Of a stretch of DNA of 64,000 bases, positions 24,234 to 34,448 are shown piece by piece; the first letter of the stretch is position 1, and each line of letters begins with the position of its first letter. The DNA comes from Myxococcales bacterium (GTDB lineage Bacteria > Myxococcota_A > Polyangia > Haliangiales > Haliangiaceae). Under the pieces are notes generated by a model, which saw only the letters and a program-made list of their open reading frames with translations, was not told where the DNA came from and did no database searches. Location: NCBI GenBank assembly GCA_016707895.1, contig JADJGV010000002.1:399695-463694 (forward strand). Direction: 5' to 3'. Position numbers and translations under genes: made by a program.

Positions 24234-24802
24234 CTAGTCGAAGACGACGTTGCCGAGATCGGTCGACGGGAGGCCGTCGTCGCGCAGGAGGAAGTAGCCC
24301 CCTGCGCCAGCGCCGGCGACGGCGGCGATGCCGCCCCAGAACCACCAGCGAGTGTAGATCGGTTTGTCGCCGCCGCGCGCCGCGCGCTGGCGGGCCAGCT
24401 CGCGCTCGCGCTCGCGGTCCAGGTCGGCCTGCCGCTGCCGCTCGCGCTCCTCGGCCTCGGCCTGGCGCCCCTCGAGGTCGTCGATCAGCTTCTCGACCGC
24501 CTCGCGGTTGTCGGCGTCGGGCACCTCGCGCAGGTACTTGCGGAAGGCGAAGATGGCCTGGTCGTAGTGGTCGAGGTTGCGGTGGGCCTGGCCGATGTTG
24601 AACAAGAGCTTGGGCAGCGGCTTGGCCTCGTAGGCGGCCTCGAACTCGACCAGCGCCTGATCGAACTTGCCCAGCGCGAACAGCTTGTCGCCCTTGGCGT
24701 AGTGCTTCTTGGCGTCGCGGGTGGCGGTGTCCTCGGCGCGCGCGCCGCCGACCCCGAGCACCAGCGCGATCAGGGCGCACACCCCGACGGCGACCCGTCG
24801 GC

Positions 24803-24806
<4 letters not shown>
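24234..24806 (-). CDS. TPR-repeat protein with signal peptide and C-terminal TM helix (190 aa)
   Basis: MSRRVAVGVCALIALVLGVGGARA signal. TPR repeat (YAKGDKLFALGKFDQALVEFEAAYE...). ATGA overlap with the upstream kinase stop. Confidence 0.6.
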
Positions 24807-26764
<1,958 letters not shown>

Positions 26765-26865
26765 GAAAGGTCGGGTGCGACGGGCACACCCGGACCACCT
26801 TGTATTCTACGGTCGCCTACGGACGGGGGCAACGGCTATCGCCGCCTGGCGGTAGGGGCGGGGGG

Positions 26866-27210
26866 CCTTGTCAGGCTTTCGGACAAGCACCGGTCGGCGC
26901 GCGGGGAGTCTCGCGTCGCGGGGGAAGGGCTCGATCCCGGCTTTGCCCGACGTCCCCGACGAGCCCTCGAGGTTCACGCGGCGCGGTGAGCCACCTGCCT
27001 CCACCTGGGCTCGGCGACGAGCCCCCTGGAACCCAGAGCCTGTCAGCGTTTCGGTCGAGCACCGGTCGGCGCGCGGGGAGTCTCGCGTCGCGGGGGGAGG
27101 CTCGATCCCGGCTTTGCCCGACGTCCCCGACGAGCCTTCGAGGTTCACGCGGCGCGGTGAGCCACCTGCCTCCACCTGGGCTCGGCGACGAGCCCCCTGG
27201 AACTCAGCGC
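26866..27210. repeat. Tandem direct duplication of a ~172-bp intergenic element (2 copies, ~95% identical)
   Basis: Copy A is about 26866..27038 and copy B about 27039..27210. Both begin CCTGTCAG(G)C(G)TTTCGG...GCACCGGTCGGCGCGCGGGGAGTCTCGCGTCGCGGGG and end ...CGACGAGCCCCCTGGAAC. The element lies between the kinase start (26764) and the 3' end of the next gene (27204). Confidence 0.8.
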
Positions 27211-27785
27211 CCGCCGGTCAGGCACAGCGGGTCGATGCGGTCCAGCGCGGTCTGCAGGGCGGCCTTGACCTGGGGGTTGGTCTCCCGGGTGTTCTGGACC
27301 CGCAGCGGCGAGCAGGCCGCCGGCGAGGAGGTCGCGGCCAGCGCCAGCGCCGCCGCCGCGCGCACGTCGCGGAGCTCGCTGGTGAGGTTGGCCGCCAGCG
27401 CCGGCACGGCGTCGGTCCCGCCGTTCTCGCCGAGCCCCTCGATCGCCGCCATGAGGTAGATGCGCTCGAGGCGATCGTCGCTGTCGCGGAACGCCACCAC
27501 CGCCGAGGTCAGCGCGGCCCGGGCGATGTTGTCGGGGAACTGGCCGAGCGCGCGGTAGGCCCGGGCGCGCATGCCGACGGTCACCGCGGGGTCGCTCGAG
27601 TTGACCACGACCAGGAGCTGCGACAGGTCGCCGGCCAGGGCCTGCTCGAGCGCGGCGCGGCTGGGCAGGTAGTCGAACCCCGAGAGGATCTGCTCGAGCC
27701 GGGTGCGCGCCAGGACGTTGCCGTCGGCGGCGGGCGCCGTGGCGAGCAGCGCCGTCAGCGCCAGGAGCGCGCGTTCGAGCCTCAT
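27204..27785 (-). CDS. Secreted HEAT/PBS-lyase-like repeat protein (193 aa)
   Basis: ATG at 27785 with signal peptide MRLERALLALTALLATAPAADG. HEAT-like repeats. ATGA overlap with the upstream gene's stop. Confidence 0.55.
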   Translation of the reverse strand: MRLERALLALTALLATAPAADGNVLARTRLEQILSGFDYLPSRAALEQALAGDLSQLLVVVNSSDPAVTVGMRARAYRALGQFPDNIARAALTSAVVAFRDSDDRLERIYLMAAIEGLGENGGTDAVPALAANLTSELRDVRAAAALALAATSSPAACSPLRVQNTRETNPQVKAALQTALDRIDPLCLTGGR

Positions 27786-29344
27786 CGCAGCACCGGGCTC
27801 GCGCGCAGGATCTCGCGCTGTTCGGTCGACAGCGAGGTGCCGCCGTCCTCGCCCCAGTACATGAGGTTGTCGTCGGAGGTCGGGCTGTCGATCAGCGGAT
27901 CGTCGGCGCCCTCGGGCTCGGGCTCGCGGTTGCGGTACAGGCCCAGGTGCCGCGCGATGGCGTGGGCGGTGGTGCGCGCCAGCCGATCCCAGGCCGGTTC
28001 GTCGCGGCGGGCCGGGTCGGTGTTGTTGCACAGCGCGGTCGCGGCGATCGCGACGCCCGAGGCGCCGGTCCGCGGCAGCGGCGCGCCGGGCGTGCCACCG
28101 ACGACGGCCTCGAGCCCGGCCGGCATGATCGTGCGGACGAAGAACACCGAGACCCCGCGATCGTCGTCGGCGGTCGCGAACAGCTCGCCGGCGCGCTCGC
28201 TGGCCAGCCCCTCGAGCTCGACCGGCGCGGCGGTCGCCTCGTAGGTCACGGTGCCGATCGCGATGTTGGCGGCGGCGAAGATGTCGCGCAGGCGCTGCAG
28301 GAACACCGTCTGGAACTGCGGATCGACCGGCGCCGTGGTCGGGCTCAGCGCCGGGACGTTGGGCAGGCACGGGTGATCGGTCAGGTCGGCGAAGTGGAAG
28401 TGCAGGTCGAGGGTGGCGCCCGGGCCGAGCTTCTCGACGATCCGCACCCGTCGGCCCTCGAGCGTCACCCCCGGGCGATCGGACGAGCTGGTGATCGTCA
28501 TCGTGTACACGCCGGCCTGGAGCGCCACCGCCGACGTCGACGGGATCTGCAGCACCGCGACGCCGGGCAGCGGCTTGTGGCGCAGCGCGCCGGCGAAGTA
28601 CTCGGCGATCGTGGTGGGCGCGGTGAAGATCGACGCGTTCTCGGGATCGGTGACCGCGGTGACGCCGATGCGCTCGTCGGCCTGCGCCGCCTCGGCGACC
28701 AGCACCAGCGACGTCGCGTTGTTGACCACCGGGATGATCAGCGGCTGGCTGACCTGGGGCCGCAGCGGCACCTCGAACGTGAGCGTGGCGCGGGTGGGCA
28801 GGCAGCCGTAGTAACCGCCGAGGAACGAGCTGGCGTCCGACGACACCCGGGGGATGCCGACGCACTGGAAGCCGCGCAGGCACTCGCTGTCGACCTCGCA
28901 CAGCTCGGTGCACCGCCCCAGCGCGCAGGCCCCGACGCGACAGTCGGTGTCGATCTGGCAGGTCGAGCCGACCACGCCACCGGCGGTGGCCTCGCGCTGG
29001 CAGGTCCCGTCGCCGGCGACGAACGCGTCGATCGGCAGCCGGCACGATTGGCCGGGGCCGCAGTCCGCCTCGCCATTGCAGCTGTCGCCCACCTCGGTCT
29101 CGACCAGCCGGCAGGTGTGGGAATCACACACCCGGCCATCGCCGCAGTCGACGTTGGCCAGGCAGCCGGGCCGACAGATGTGATCCAGGCACTGTAGGCC
29201 GCTGGCGCAATCGGCTACCGTCGCGCAGCTCTCGCCGACGTCGGCCCCGCCGCCGCCGCAGCCGAGCGCCCCGATGGCCATGACGACCCCAGCGATCCAC
29301 CGAGGCGGACCTGCGGGCGGCCGGTTGGATGCGGATCGGGCCAT
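27782..29344 (-). CDS. Secreted lipoprotein with N-terminal EGF-like Cys-rich repeats and large C-terminal domain (520 aa)
   Basis: MARSASNRPPAGPPRWIAGVVMAIGALGC lipobox. Repeats of the form CxxxxDCxxGxxCxxxxC. Confidence 0.55.
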   Translation of the reverse strand: MARSASNRPPAGPPRWIAGVVMAIGALGCGGGGADVGESCATVADCASGLQCLDHICRPGCLANVDCGDGRVCDSHTCRLVETEVGDSCNGEADCGPGQSCRLPIDAFVAGDGTCQREATAGGVVGSTCQIDTDCRVGACALGRCTELCEVDSECLRGFQCVGIPRVSSDASSFLGGYYGCLPTRATLTFEVPLRPQVSQPLIIPVVNNATSLVLVAEAAQADERIGVTAVTDPENASIFTAPTTIAEYFAGALRHKPLPGVAVLQIPSTSAVALQAGVYTMTITSSSDRPGVTLEGRRVRIVEKLGPGATLDLHFHFADLTDHPCLPNVPALSPTTAPVDPQFQTVFLQRLRDIFAAANIAIGTVTYEATAAPVELEGLASERAGELFATADDDRGVSVFFVRTIMPAGLEAVVGGTPGAPLPRTGASGVAIAATALCNNTDPARRDEPAWDRLARTTAHAIARHLGLYRNREPEPEGADDPLIDSPTSDDNLMYWGEDGGTSLSTEQREILRASPVLR

Positions 29345-29383
29345 GTTTGGGCGACCGCGCGCTGCGCGGGCGCGCGGGACCTC

Positions 29384-29391
29384 TATATAAT
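29384..29391 (+). promoter_or_regulatory. TATATAAT -10-like box in the divergent intergenic region
   Basis: An AT-rich octamer, rare in this ~72% GC context. It lies 25 nt upstream of the ATG at 29416, with GGAGG at 29406-29410. No convincing -35 element. Confidence 0.25.
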
Positions 29392-29415
29392 GCCACGCGC
29401 TTGCCGGAGGAAGAC

Positions 29416-30159
29416 ATGCGACTCGACCTAGCTTGCCGACGTACCGTGACCATCGCCGCAACCCTCCTGGCGGTCGCCGCCGGCGCCGCCACCGCGCAGG
29501 CCCAGGCGGCCCTCGACGATGATGACTCGAGCGCGCCCACGCCGACGGCCACCGCCGCGCCCGTGGCCACCGAGAAGACCAACATCGGCCTCGGCTTCCG
29601 CCTGCGCAACGTGCGCGTGCCGCAGGGCCTGATCGAGGTCTTCGTCAAGCAGGCACCGGCCGGCGCGTCCAACGTGGGCTTCGGCCTCGAGGTGGCGCGG
29701 CGCAAGGGCCAGTTCGAGGTCCAGCTGGGCCTCGAGTACGAGAAGATCTCGATCGAGAAGGGCATCTGGATCGAGAACGGCGACACGATCCCCACCGACG
29801 AGGTCGACTACGTCGAGTTCGACGGGTTCGGCTGGGTCACCGCCGAGCTGTCGTTCCTCTACCACACCGAGATCATCCCCCAGCTGTCGGTGCGCTACGG
29901 CGGCGGCGCGGGCATCGGCGTGCTGACCGGCGACATCCTGCGCACCGACTACCGCTGCGCGACCGCGGCGCAGGACACCTGCGTCGAGAGCCCGACCGCG
30001 ACCAACCGCTCGACGCCGTACGACCTGCCCCCGGTGATGCTGGTCGTGAACGCGATCGTCGGCCTGCAGATCAAGCCGACCGACGAGATCTTCATCAACA
30101 TCGAGGGCGGGCTGCGGACGATCCCGTTCTTCGGGACGACGGCCGGCTACTACTTCTGA
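29416..30159 (+). CDS. Outer-membrane beta-barrel protein (247 aa)
   Basis: Signal peptide MRLDLACRRTVTIAATLLAVAAGAATAQA. Alternating amphipathic strands. C-terminal aromatic terminus ...TTAGYYF. Confidence 0.6.
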   Translation: MRLDLACRRTVTIAATLLAVAAGAATAQAQAALDDDDSSAPTPTATAAPVATEKTNIGLGFRLRNVRVPQGLIEVFVKQAPAGASNVGFGLEVARRKGQFEVQLGLEYEKISIEKGIWIENGDTIPTDEVDYVEFDGFGWVTAELSFLYHTEIIPQLSVRYGGGAGIGVLTGDILRTDYRCATAAQDTCVESPTATNRSTPYDLPPVMLVVNAIVGLQIKPTDEIFINIEGGLRTIPFFGTTAGYYF

Positions 30160-30172
30160 GGCCGCTGGGAGG

Positions 30173-30847
30173 TCAGGGGCAGCGCGCGTCGACGCGCCCC
30201 AGCGCTTCGTCGAAGGCGTCGGCGGTGGTGGTTGGGGGCGGCGTGGCGTCGAGGAGGGTGATGCCGACGAGGCGCAGGCCGAGCGTGGCGTCGGGGACGA
30301 ACAAGAGGTCGAAGCCGAGGGCGCCGTCGGCGTCGGCGTCGATCGCGCAGGTGGCGACCGGGATGCCGGTCGCGGGCGCCAGGCCGCTGTTGTCGCAGAG
30401 CAGCTGGTAGCCGAGCGCGGTGTCGGCCAGGGCCGCGGAGGCGACCTTGCCGAGGCGCGCGAGGGCCGGATCGAGCGCGGCGCCGCACAGGCGACCCATC
30501 GTCGCGGCGACCGGCTTGCTGGCGTCGTCGAGCGTGCGCAGCTCGACCACGCCGAACTTGCGATCGGTGACGCGGGTCCATGGTTGCGTCCCGGCCAGGA
30601 GCGCGGTCACGAGCTCCTCGGTGGCGACCTCGGGCAGCTCGGTCGGGCTGGCCAGGCCGGTGCGCTTGCCGGCGCGCAGGGTCGGCTCGTCGGCGCCGCT
30701 CGCGGGTTCGGGGACGTCGGCGTCGATCGCCGGCGGGGCGGCGGCGTCGAGGGCGGGCGGCGGCGGCGCCGGCGGCGCGGCGGACTTCGACTTGCACGCC
30801 GCGGTGGCGGCGACGGCGGCGAGCGCGAGGGGCAAGGCGCGGGGCAT
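30173..30847 (-). CDS. Hypothetical lipoprotein
   Basis: MPRALPLALAAVAATAAC lipobox. A GTG at 30865 is also possible. Confidence 0.45.
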   Translation of the reverse strand: MPRALPLALAAVAATAACKSKSAAPPAPPPPALDAAAPPAIDADVPEPASGADEPTLRAGKRTGLASPTELPEVATEELVTALLAGTQPWTRVTDRKFGVVELRTLDDASKPVAATMGRLCGAALDPALARLGKVASAALADTALGYQLLCDNSGLAPATGIPVATCAIDADADGALGFDLLFVPDATLGLRLVGITLLDATPPPTTTADAFDEALGRVDARCP

Positions 30848-30875
30848 CGCCACACAGTAACGCACGAGTCCGCGG

Positions 30876-32780
30876 TCAGCGCTTGCGCCGCAGATCGCCG
30901 ATCCGCAGGGTCACCTTCTCGGCGTCGAAGTGCTCGGCGAGCGGGATCGAGTACTTGCGGGTGGTGCCGCAGACGTCCTTCCACGCCTGCGGGGCGATCT
31001 CGCGGTTGGCCTCGAGGTACGCGAGCAGCCGGGCCTTGAGCGCCGCCACCGCCTCGGCGTCGGCGTAGTAGTCGGGCTTGATCTTGACGATCAGCTTGGC
31101 CGCGACCAGCCGGTCGAGCGCCGGCTTGAGCTGGGCCTCGGTCTGCCGCAGGCCCTCGGCGATCTCCTTGGGCCGCGGCGCCTCCAGGCCCCAGCCGCGG
31201 AACTGCGTGTGCAGCGTCGCGTCGGCGCCGGTGAGCCGCGGGCGCGGCGCGGCGGCCTTGCGGATGACGTCGGCGTCGGCGGTGATCGCGCCGCGGCGGA
31301 TCAGCTCGCCGATCACCAGGTCGAAGCCGCGCACCGACAGCGCCGCCGGCAGGCGCTGGCGCAGCTCCTCGCGGGCCACCGCGCCGTCGGAGGCCGCCGC
31401 CAGCCGCGCGGCGATCGTGCGCTCGAGCGTCGCCACCGTCTCGACGTGCAGCAGGTCGTCGCCGCTGCCCAGCAGCTCGCCGCGCTCGAGCAGCGCCGCC
31501 AGGATCGCGTCGAGCTCGGCGCCGGCGACGCCGATGCGCTGCGCCAGCACGTGGCGCGCCGGCACCGCCGCGGCGCACGCGCGCAGCTCGAGCGCGACCC
31601 GATCGGCGGCCCGGGCCGCAGCGAACCGGGCGATCACCGCCGCGTGCTCGTCGGCGCGGGCCGCGGCGCGGCGCAGCTTGGGGGCGTGGACCCGCACGAT
31701 CTCGCCGCCGCCCAGCGTCGTGCCGTGGTTGGCCAGCGGCGTGAAGCCGCGCAACAGGAAGCGATCGCCGGGCAGCGCGGCCAGCGGCGTCGCGCGATCG
31801 ACGCGCAGCTGCGCGACCGCCTCGCCGCCGGGCGGCACCGGCGGGCCCGCGATCACCAGCGTCGCCAGCACCTGCGCGGTGCCGTGGTGGACCAGCACCT
31901 TGCTGCGCGGCGGCAGCGGCGCGGTGGCCGCGGCGACGTGGCGCAGCCGGACATCGAGCAGGTGGCTGGGGGCGAGCGCGCCGGCGTGGCCGACCACGTC
32001 GCCGCGGGCCACGTCGTCGGTGGCGACGCCGTGCAGGTTGATCGCCACGCGCTGGCCGGCGGTGGCGCGCTCGACCGCCGCGCCGTGGACGTGCAGCCCG
32101 CGCACCCGCGTCGCCAGCCGCCGCGGGTAGACCTCGACCTCGTCGCCCACCGCCACCGCGCCGCTGGTGATGGTGCCGGTGACCACCGTGCCGAAGCCGC
32201 GCAGCGTGAACACCCGGTCGATCGGCACGCGCAAGAGGCCGGTGCCCGGCCGCGGCGGCAGCCCGGCCAGCGCCTGCTCGATCGCCGCGATCAGCGCCGG
32301 CAGCCCCGCGCCGGTCCGGGCCGAGACCGCCAGCCGCGGCGCGTCGGCCAGGAAGGTCCCGGCGAACGCGGCGGCCAGCTCGTCGTCGAGCATCGCCAGC
32401 CAGTCGTCGTCGACCAGGTCGCGCTTGGTGACGACCACCAGGCCGCGGCGCACGCCGAGCAGCTGGCACACGTCGAGGTGCTCACGGGTCTGGGGCATGA
32501 CGCCCTCGTCGGCCGCCACCACCAGCAGCACCAGATCGAGGCCGGTCGCGCCGGCCACCATCGAGCGGATGAACCGCTCGTGGCCGGGCACGTCGACCAC
32601 CGCGACCCGCGCGCCGCCCGGCAGATCGAGGTGGGCGAAGCCGAGCTCGGTGGTGATGCCGCGGGCCTTCTCGACCGCCAGCCGATCGGTGTCGATGCCG
32701 GTCAGCGCGTGGACCAGCGCGGTCTTGCCGTGATCGATGTGGCCGGCGGTGCCGACGACGAAGGGCCAGGACGCGGTCAC
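30876..32780 (-). CDS. selB: Selenocysteine-specific translation elongation factor
   Basis: GTG start. GTPase motifs [16 protein letters not shown] and TKRD. Four C-terminal winged-helix domains. 634 aa. Its start overlaps the stop of the upstream gene (GTGA). Confidence 0.85.
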   Translation of the reverse strand: MTASWPFVVGTAGHIDHGKTALVHALTGIDTDRLAVEKARGITTELGFAHLDLPGGARVAVVDVPGHERFIRSMVAGATGLDLVLLVVAADEGVMPQTREHLDVCQLLGVRRGLVVVTKRDLVDDDWLAMLDDELAAAFAGTFLADAPRLAVSARTGAGLPALIAAIEQALAGLPPRPGTGLLRVPIDRVFTLRGFGTVVTGTITSGAVAVGDEVEVYPRRLATRVRGLHVHGAAVERATAGQRVAINLHGVATDDVARGDVVGHAGALAPSHLLDVRLRHVAAATAPLPPRSKVLVHHGTAQVLATLVIAGPPVPPGGEAVAQLRVDRATPLAALPGDRFLLRGFTPLANHGTTLGGGEIVRVHAPKLRRAAARADEHAAVIARFAAARAADRVALELRACAAAVPARHVLAQRIGVAGAELDAILAALLERGELLGSGDDLLHVETVATLERTIAARLAAASDGAVAREELRQRLPAALSVRGFDLVIGELIRRGAITADADVIRKAAAPRPRLTGADATLHTQFRGWGLEAPRPKEIAEGLRQTEAQLKPALDRLVAAKLIVKIKPDYYADAEAVAALKARLLAYLEANREIAPQAWKDVCGTTRKYSIPLAEHFDAEKVTLRIGDLRRKR

Positions 32781-34435
32781 AGCGGGCGATCGCGCAGCTC
32801 GCGCTTGAGGATCTTGCCGGTCGGGTTGCGGGGCAGCTCGTCGAGGAACACCACCTGGCGCGGCCGCTTGTAGTCGGCCAGCTCGCGCCGGCAGTAGTCG
32901 GCGACCTCGTCGCCGGTGATCGCGTGGCCCGGGCGCAGGACGACGTAGGCGCGCAGCGTCTCGCCCCACTCGGGATCGGGCACGCCCACCACCGCGACGT
33001 CGAGGATCGCGGGGTGGGTGTGCAGGTGGTCCTCGATCTCGCGCGGGTAGATGTTCACGCCGCCCGAGATCACCATGTCGTGCTTGCGCGACTCCATGTA
33101 CAGGTAGCCGTCGGCGTCGAGCCGGCCCAGGTCGCCGACCGAGAAGAAGCCGTCCTTGATCGACCTGTCGGTGGCGTCGCGGTTCTTGTGGTAGCCGCCG
33201 ATCAGCATCGAGTTGCGCACGTAGACCTCGCCGACCTGGCCCGGCGGCACCTCGGCGCCGGCGTCGTCGAGCAGCCGGATCTGGTTGCCGCGCATCGCGC
33301 GCCCGACGGTGCCGGGCCGCGCGGTGTGCTCGCCGGGGCCGGCCAGCGTCACCAGCCCGGTCTCGGTGGCGCCGTAGAAGTTCCACAGCACCGCCCCGAA
33401 CTGCGCCTCGACCTGGCGCGCGGTCTCGGTGGCCAGCGGCGCGGCGCCGCTCATGATCCACCGCAGCGACGACGTGTCGTAGCGGCGCCGCACCGCCGCC
33501 GGCAGCGCGGTGATGCGCACCAGCATCGTCGGCACCATCAGCGTCGAGGTCACGCGCTCGCGCTCGATCAGCGCCAGGCACGCCTCGGGATCGAAGTGGT
33601 TCATCAGCACCGTCGTGGCGCCGAGCGACATCGTGATCGCGACGAACGCCGGCGCCGCCGAGTGGTACAGCGGGCACACCACCAGGTGGCGGTCGTCGTG
33701 GTTCATGCCGACCTGCGCGATCATGTCGGCGACCGCGTCGAAGCCGGTCTGCTTCCAGCTGCGGGTCGCGCCCTTGGGCTTGCCGGTCGTGCCCGAGGTG
33801 TAGACGATCACGCCGCCGCCGTCGCCGCCGCGCGCGGTCGGCGGCAGGTCGCCGGGCTGGCCGGCGATCGCGTCGTCCCAGCGCTCGCCCACCGCCGGCG
33901 CGGCGTCGGCGCCGGCGACGATCACCTGGCAGGTGCTGCCGGCCAGGCGCATCGCCTCGGCGAAGGTCTCGGCGTAGGGCGCGCCGATGATCGCCGCCGC
34001 CGGCTCGGCGTTGCTGAGGATGTACGCCACCTCGGCCGGCTTCGATCGGTAGCCGATCTGCACGACCACCGCGCCGACGCGGGCCAGCGCCTGCTGCGCG
34101 ATCAGGTAGTCGGCGCCGTTGCCCAGCATGCACGCCACCGGCGCCGCGGCGCCGCCGCGCGCGGCGATGGCGTGGGCCAGCTGGTTCACCGCCTGATCGA
34201 ACGTGCGCCAGGTGTAGCGGCGGTCGCCGTCGATGACACACTCCTTGTCGGGGTGCATCCGCGCGTGCAGCAGCGTCGCCAGGTGCGGCCCCGGCTTGGT
34301 CAGGCGCGCGGCGGCGGCGAAGCCGGGCAGCGCGGTGGGCCGGAACGCCCGCACCATCCCCGACTTGCGCAGGACGTCGAGGGCGAAGCGCGCGTCGCTG
34401 GCGCGGGCGCGCAGGCGGTCGAGGATGGGCGGCAC
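32777..34435 (-). CDS. AMP-dependent acyl-CoA synthetase/ligase
   Basis: AMP-binding motifs YTSGTTGKPKG, GATE and GDLGRLDADGYLYMESRKHDMVISGGVNIYPREIE. Confidence 0.85.
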   Translation of the reverse strand: MPPILDRLRARASDARFALDVLRKSGMVRAFRPTALPGFAAAARLTKPGPHLATLLHARMHPDKECVIDGDRRYTWRTFDQAVNQLAHAIAARGGAAAPVACMLGNGADYLIAQQALARVGAVVVQIGYRSKPAEVAYILSNAEPAAAIIGAPYAETFAEAMRLAGSTCQVIVAGADAAPAVGERWDDAIAGQPGDLPPTARGGDGGGVIVYTSGTTGKPKGATRSWKQTGFDAVADMIAQVGMNHDDRHLVVCPLYHSAAPAFVAITMSLGATTVLMNHFDPEACLALIERERVTSTLMVPTMLVRITALPAAVRRRYDTSSLRWIMSGAAPLATETARQVEAQFGAVLWNFYGATETGLVTLAGPGEHTARPGTVGRAMRGNQIRLLDDAGAEVPPGQVGEVYVRNSMLIGGYHKNRDATDRSIKDGFFSVGDLGRLDADGYLYMESRKHDMVISGGVNIYPREIEDHLHTHPAILDVAVVGVPDPEWGETLRAYVVLRPGHAITGDEVADYCRRELADYKRPRQVVFLDELPRNPTGKILKRELRDRPL

Positions 34436-34448
34436 GCCCGCCAGGGTA

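Noticed and set aside
26866-27210. CRISPR array
   Set aside because: There are only two long (172-bp) contiguous repeat copies with no unique spacers. No CRISPR-like short repeat-spacer periodicity was seen anywhere in the window.
26800-27460. Several overlapping ORFs encoding the repeated peptide SRLCPTSPTSPRGSRGAVSHLPPPGLGDEPPGTQ
   Set aside because: The identical peptide repeats come from translating the 172-bp tandem DNA duplication in three frames. They are not a protein-coding gene.
30607-34241. ORFs 30607..32469(-), 30930..32873(+) and the 5' 487 codons of 30876..34241
   Set aside because: Off-frame or antisense to selB and the acyl-CoA synthetase. The 1121-aa ORF is chimeric. Only its last 634 codons (the GTG at 32780 onward) are selB.
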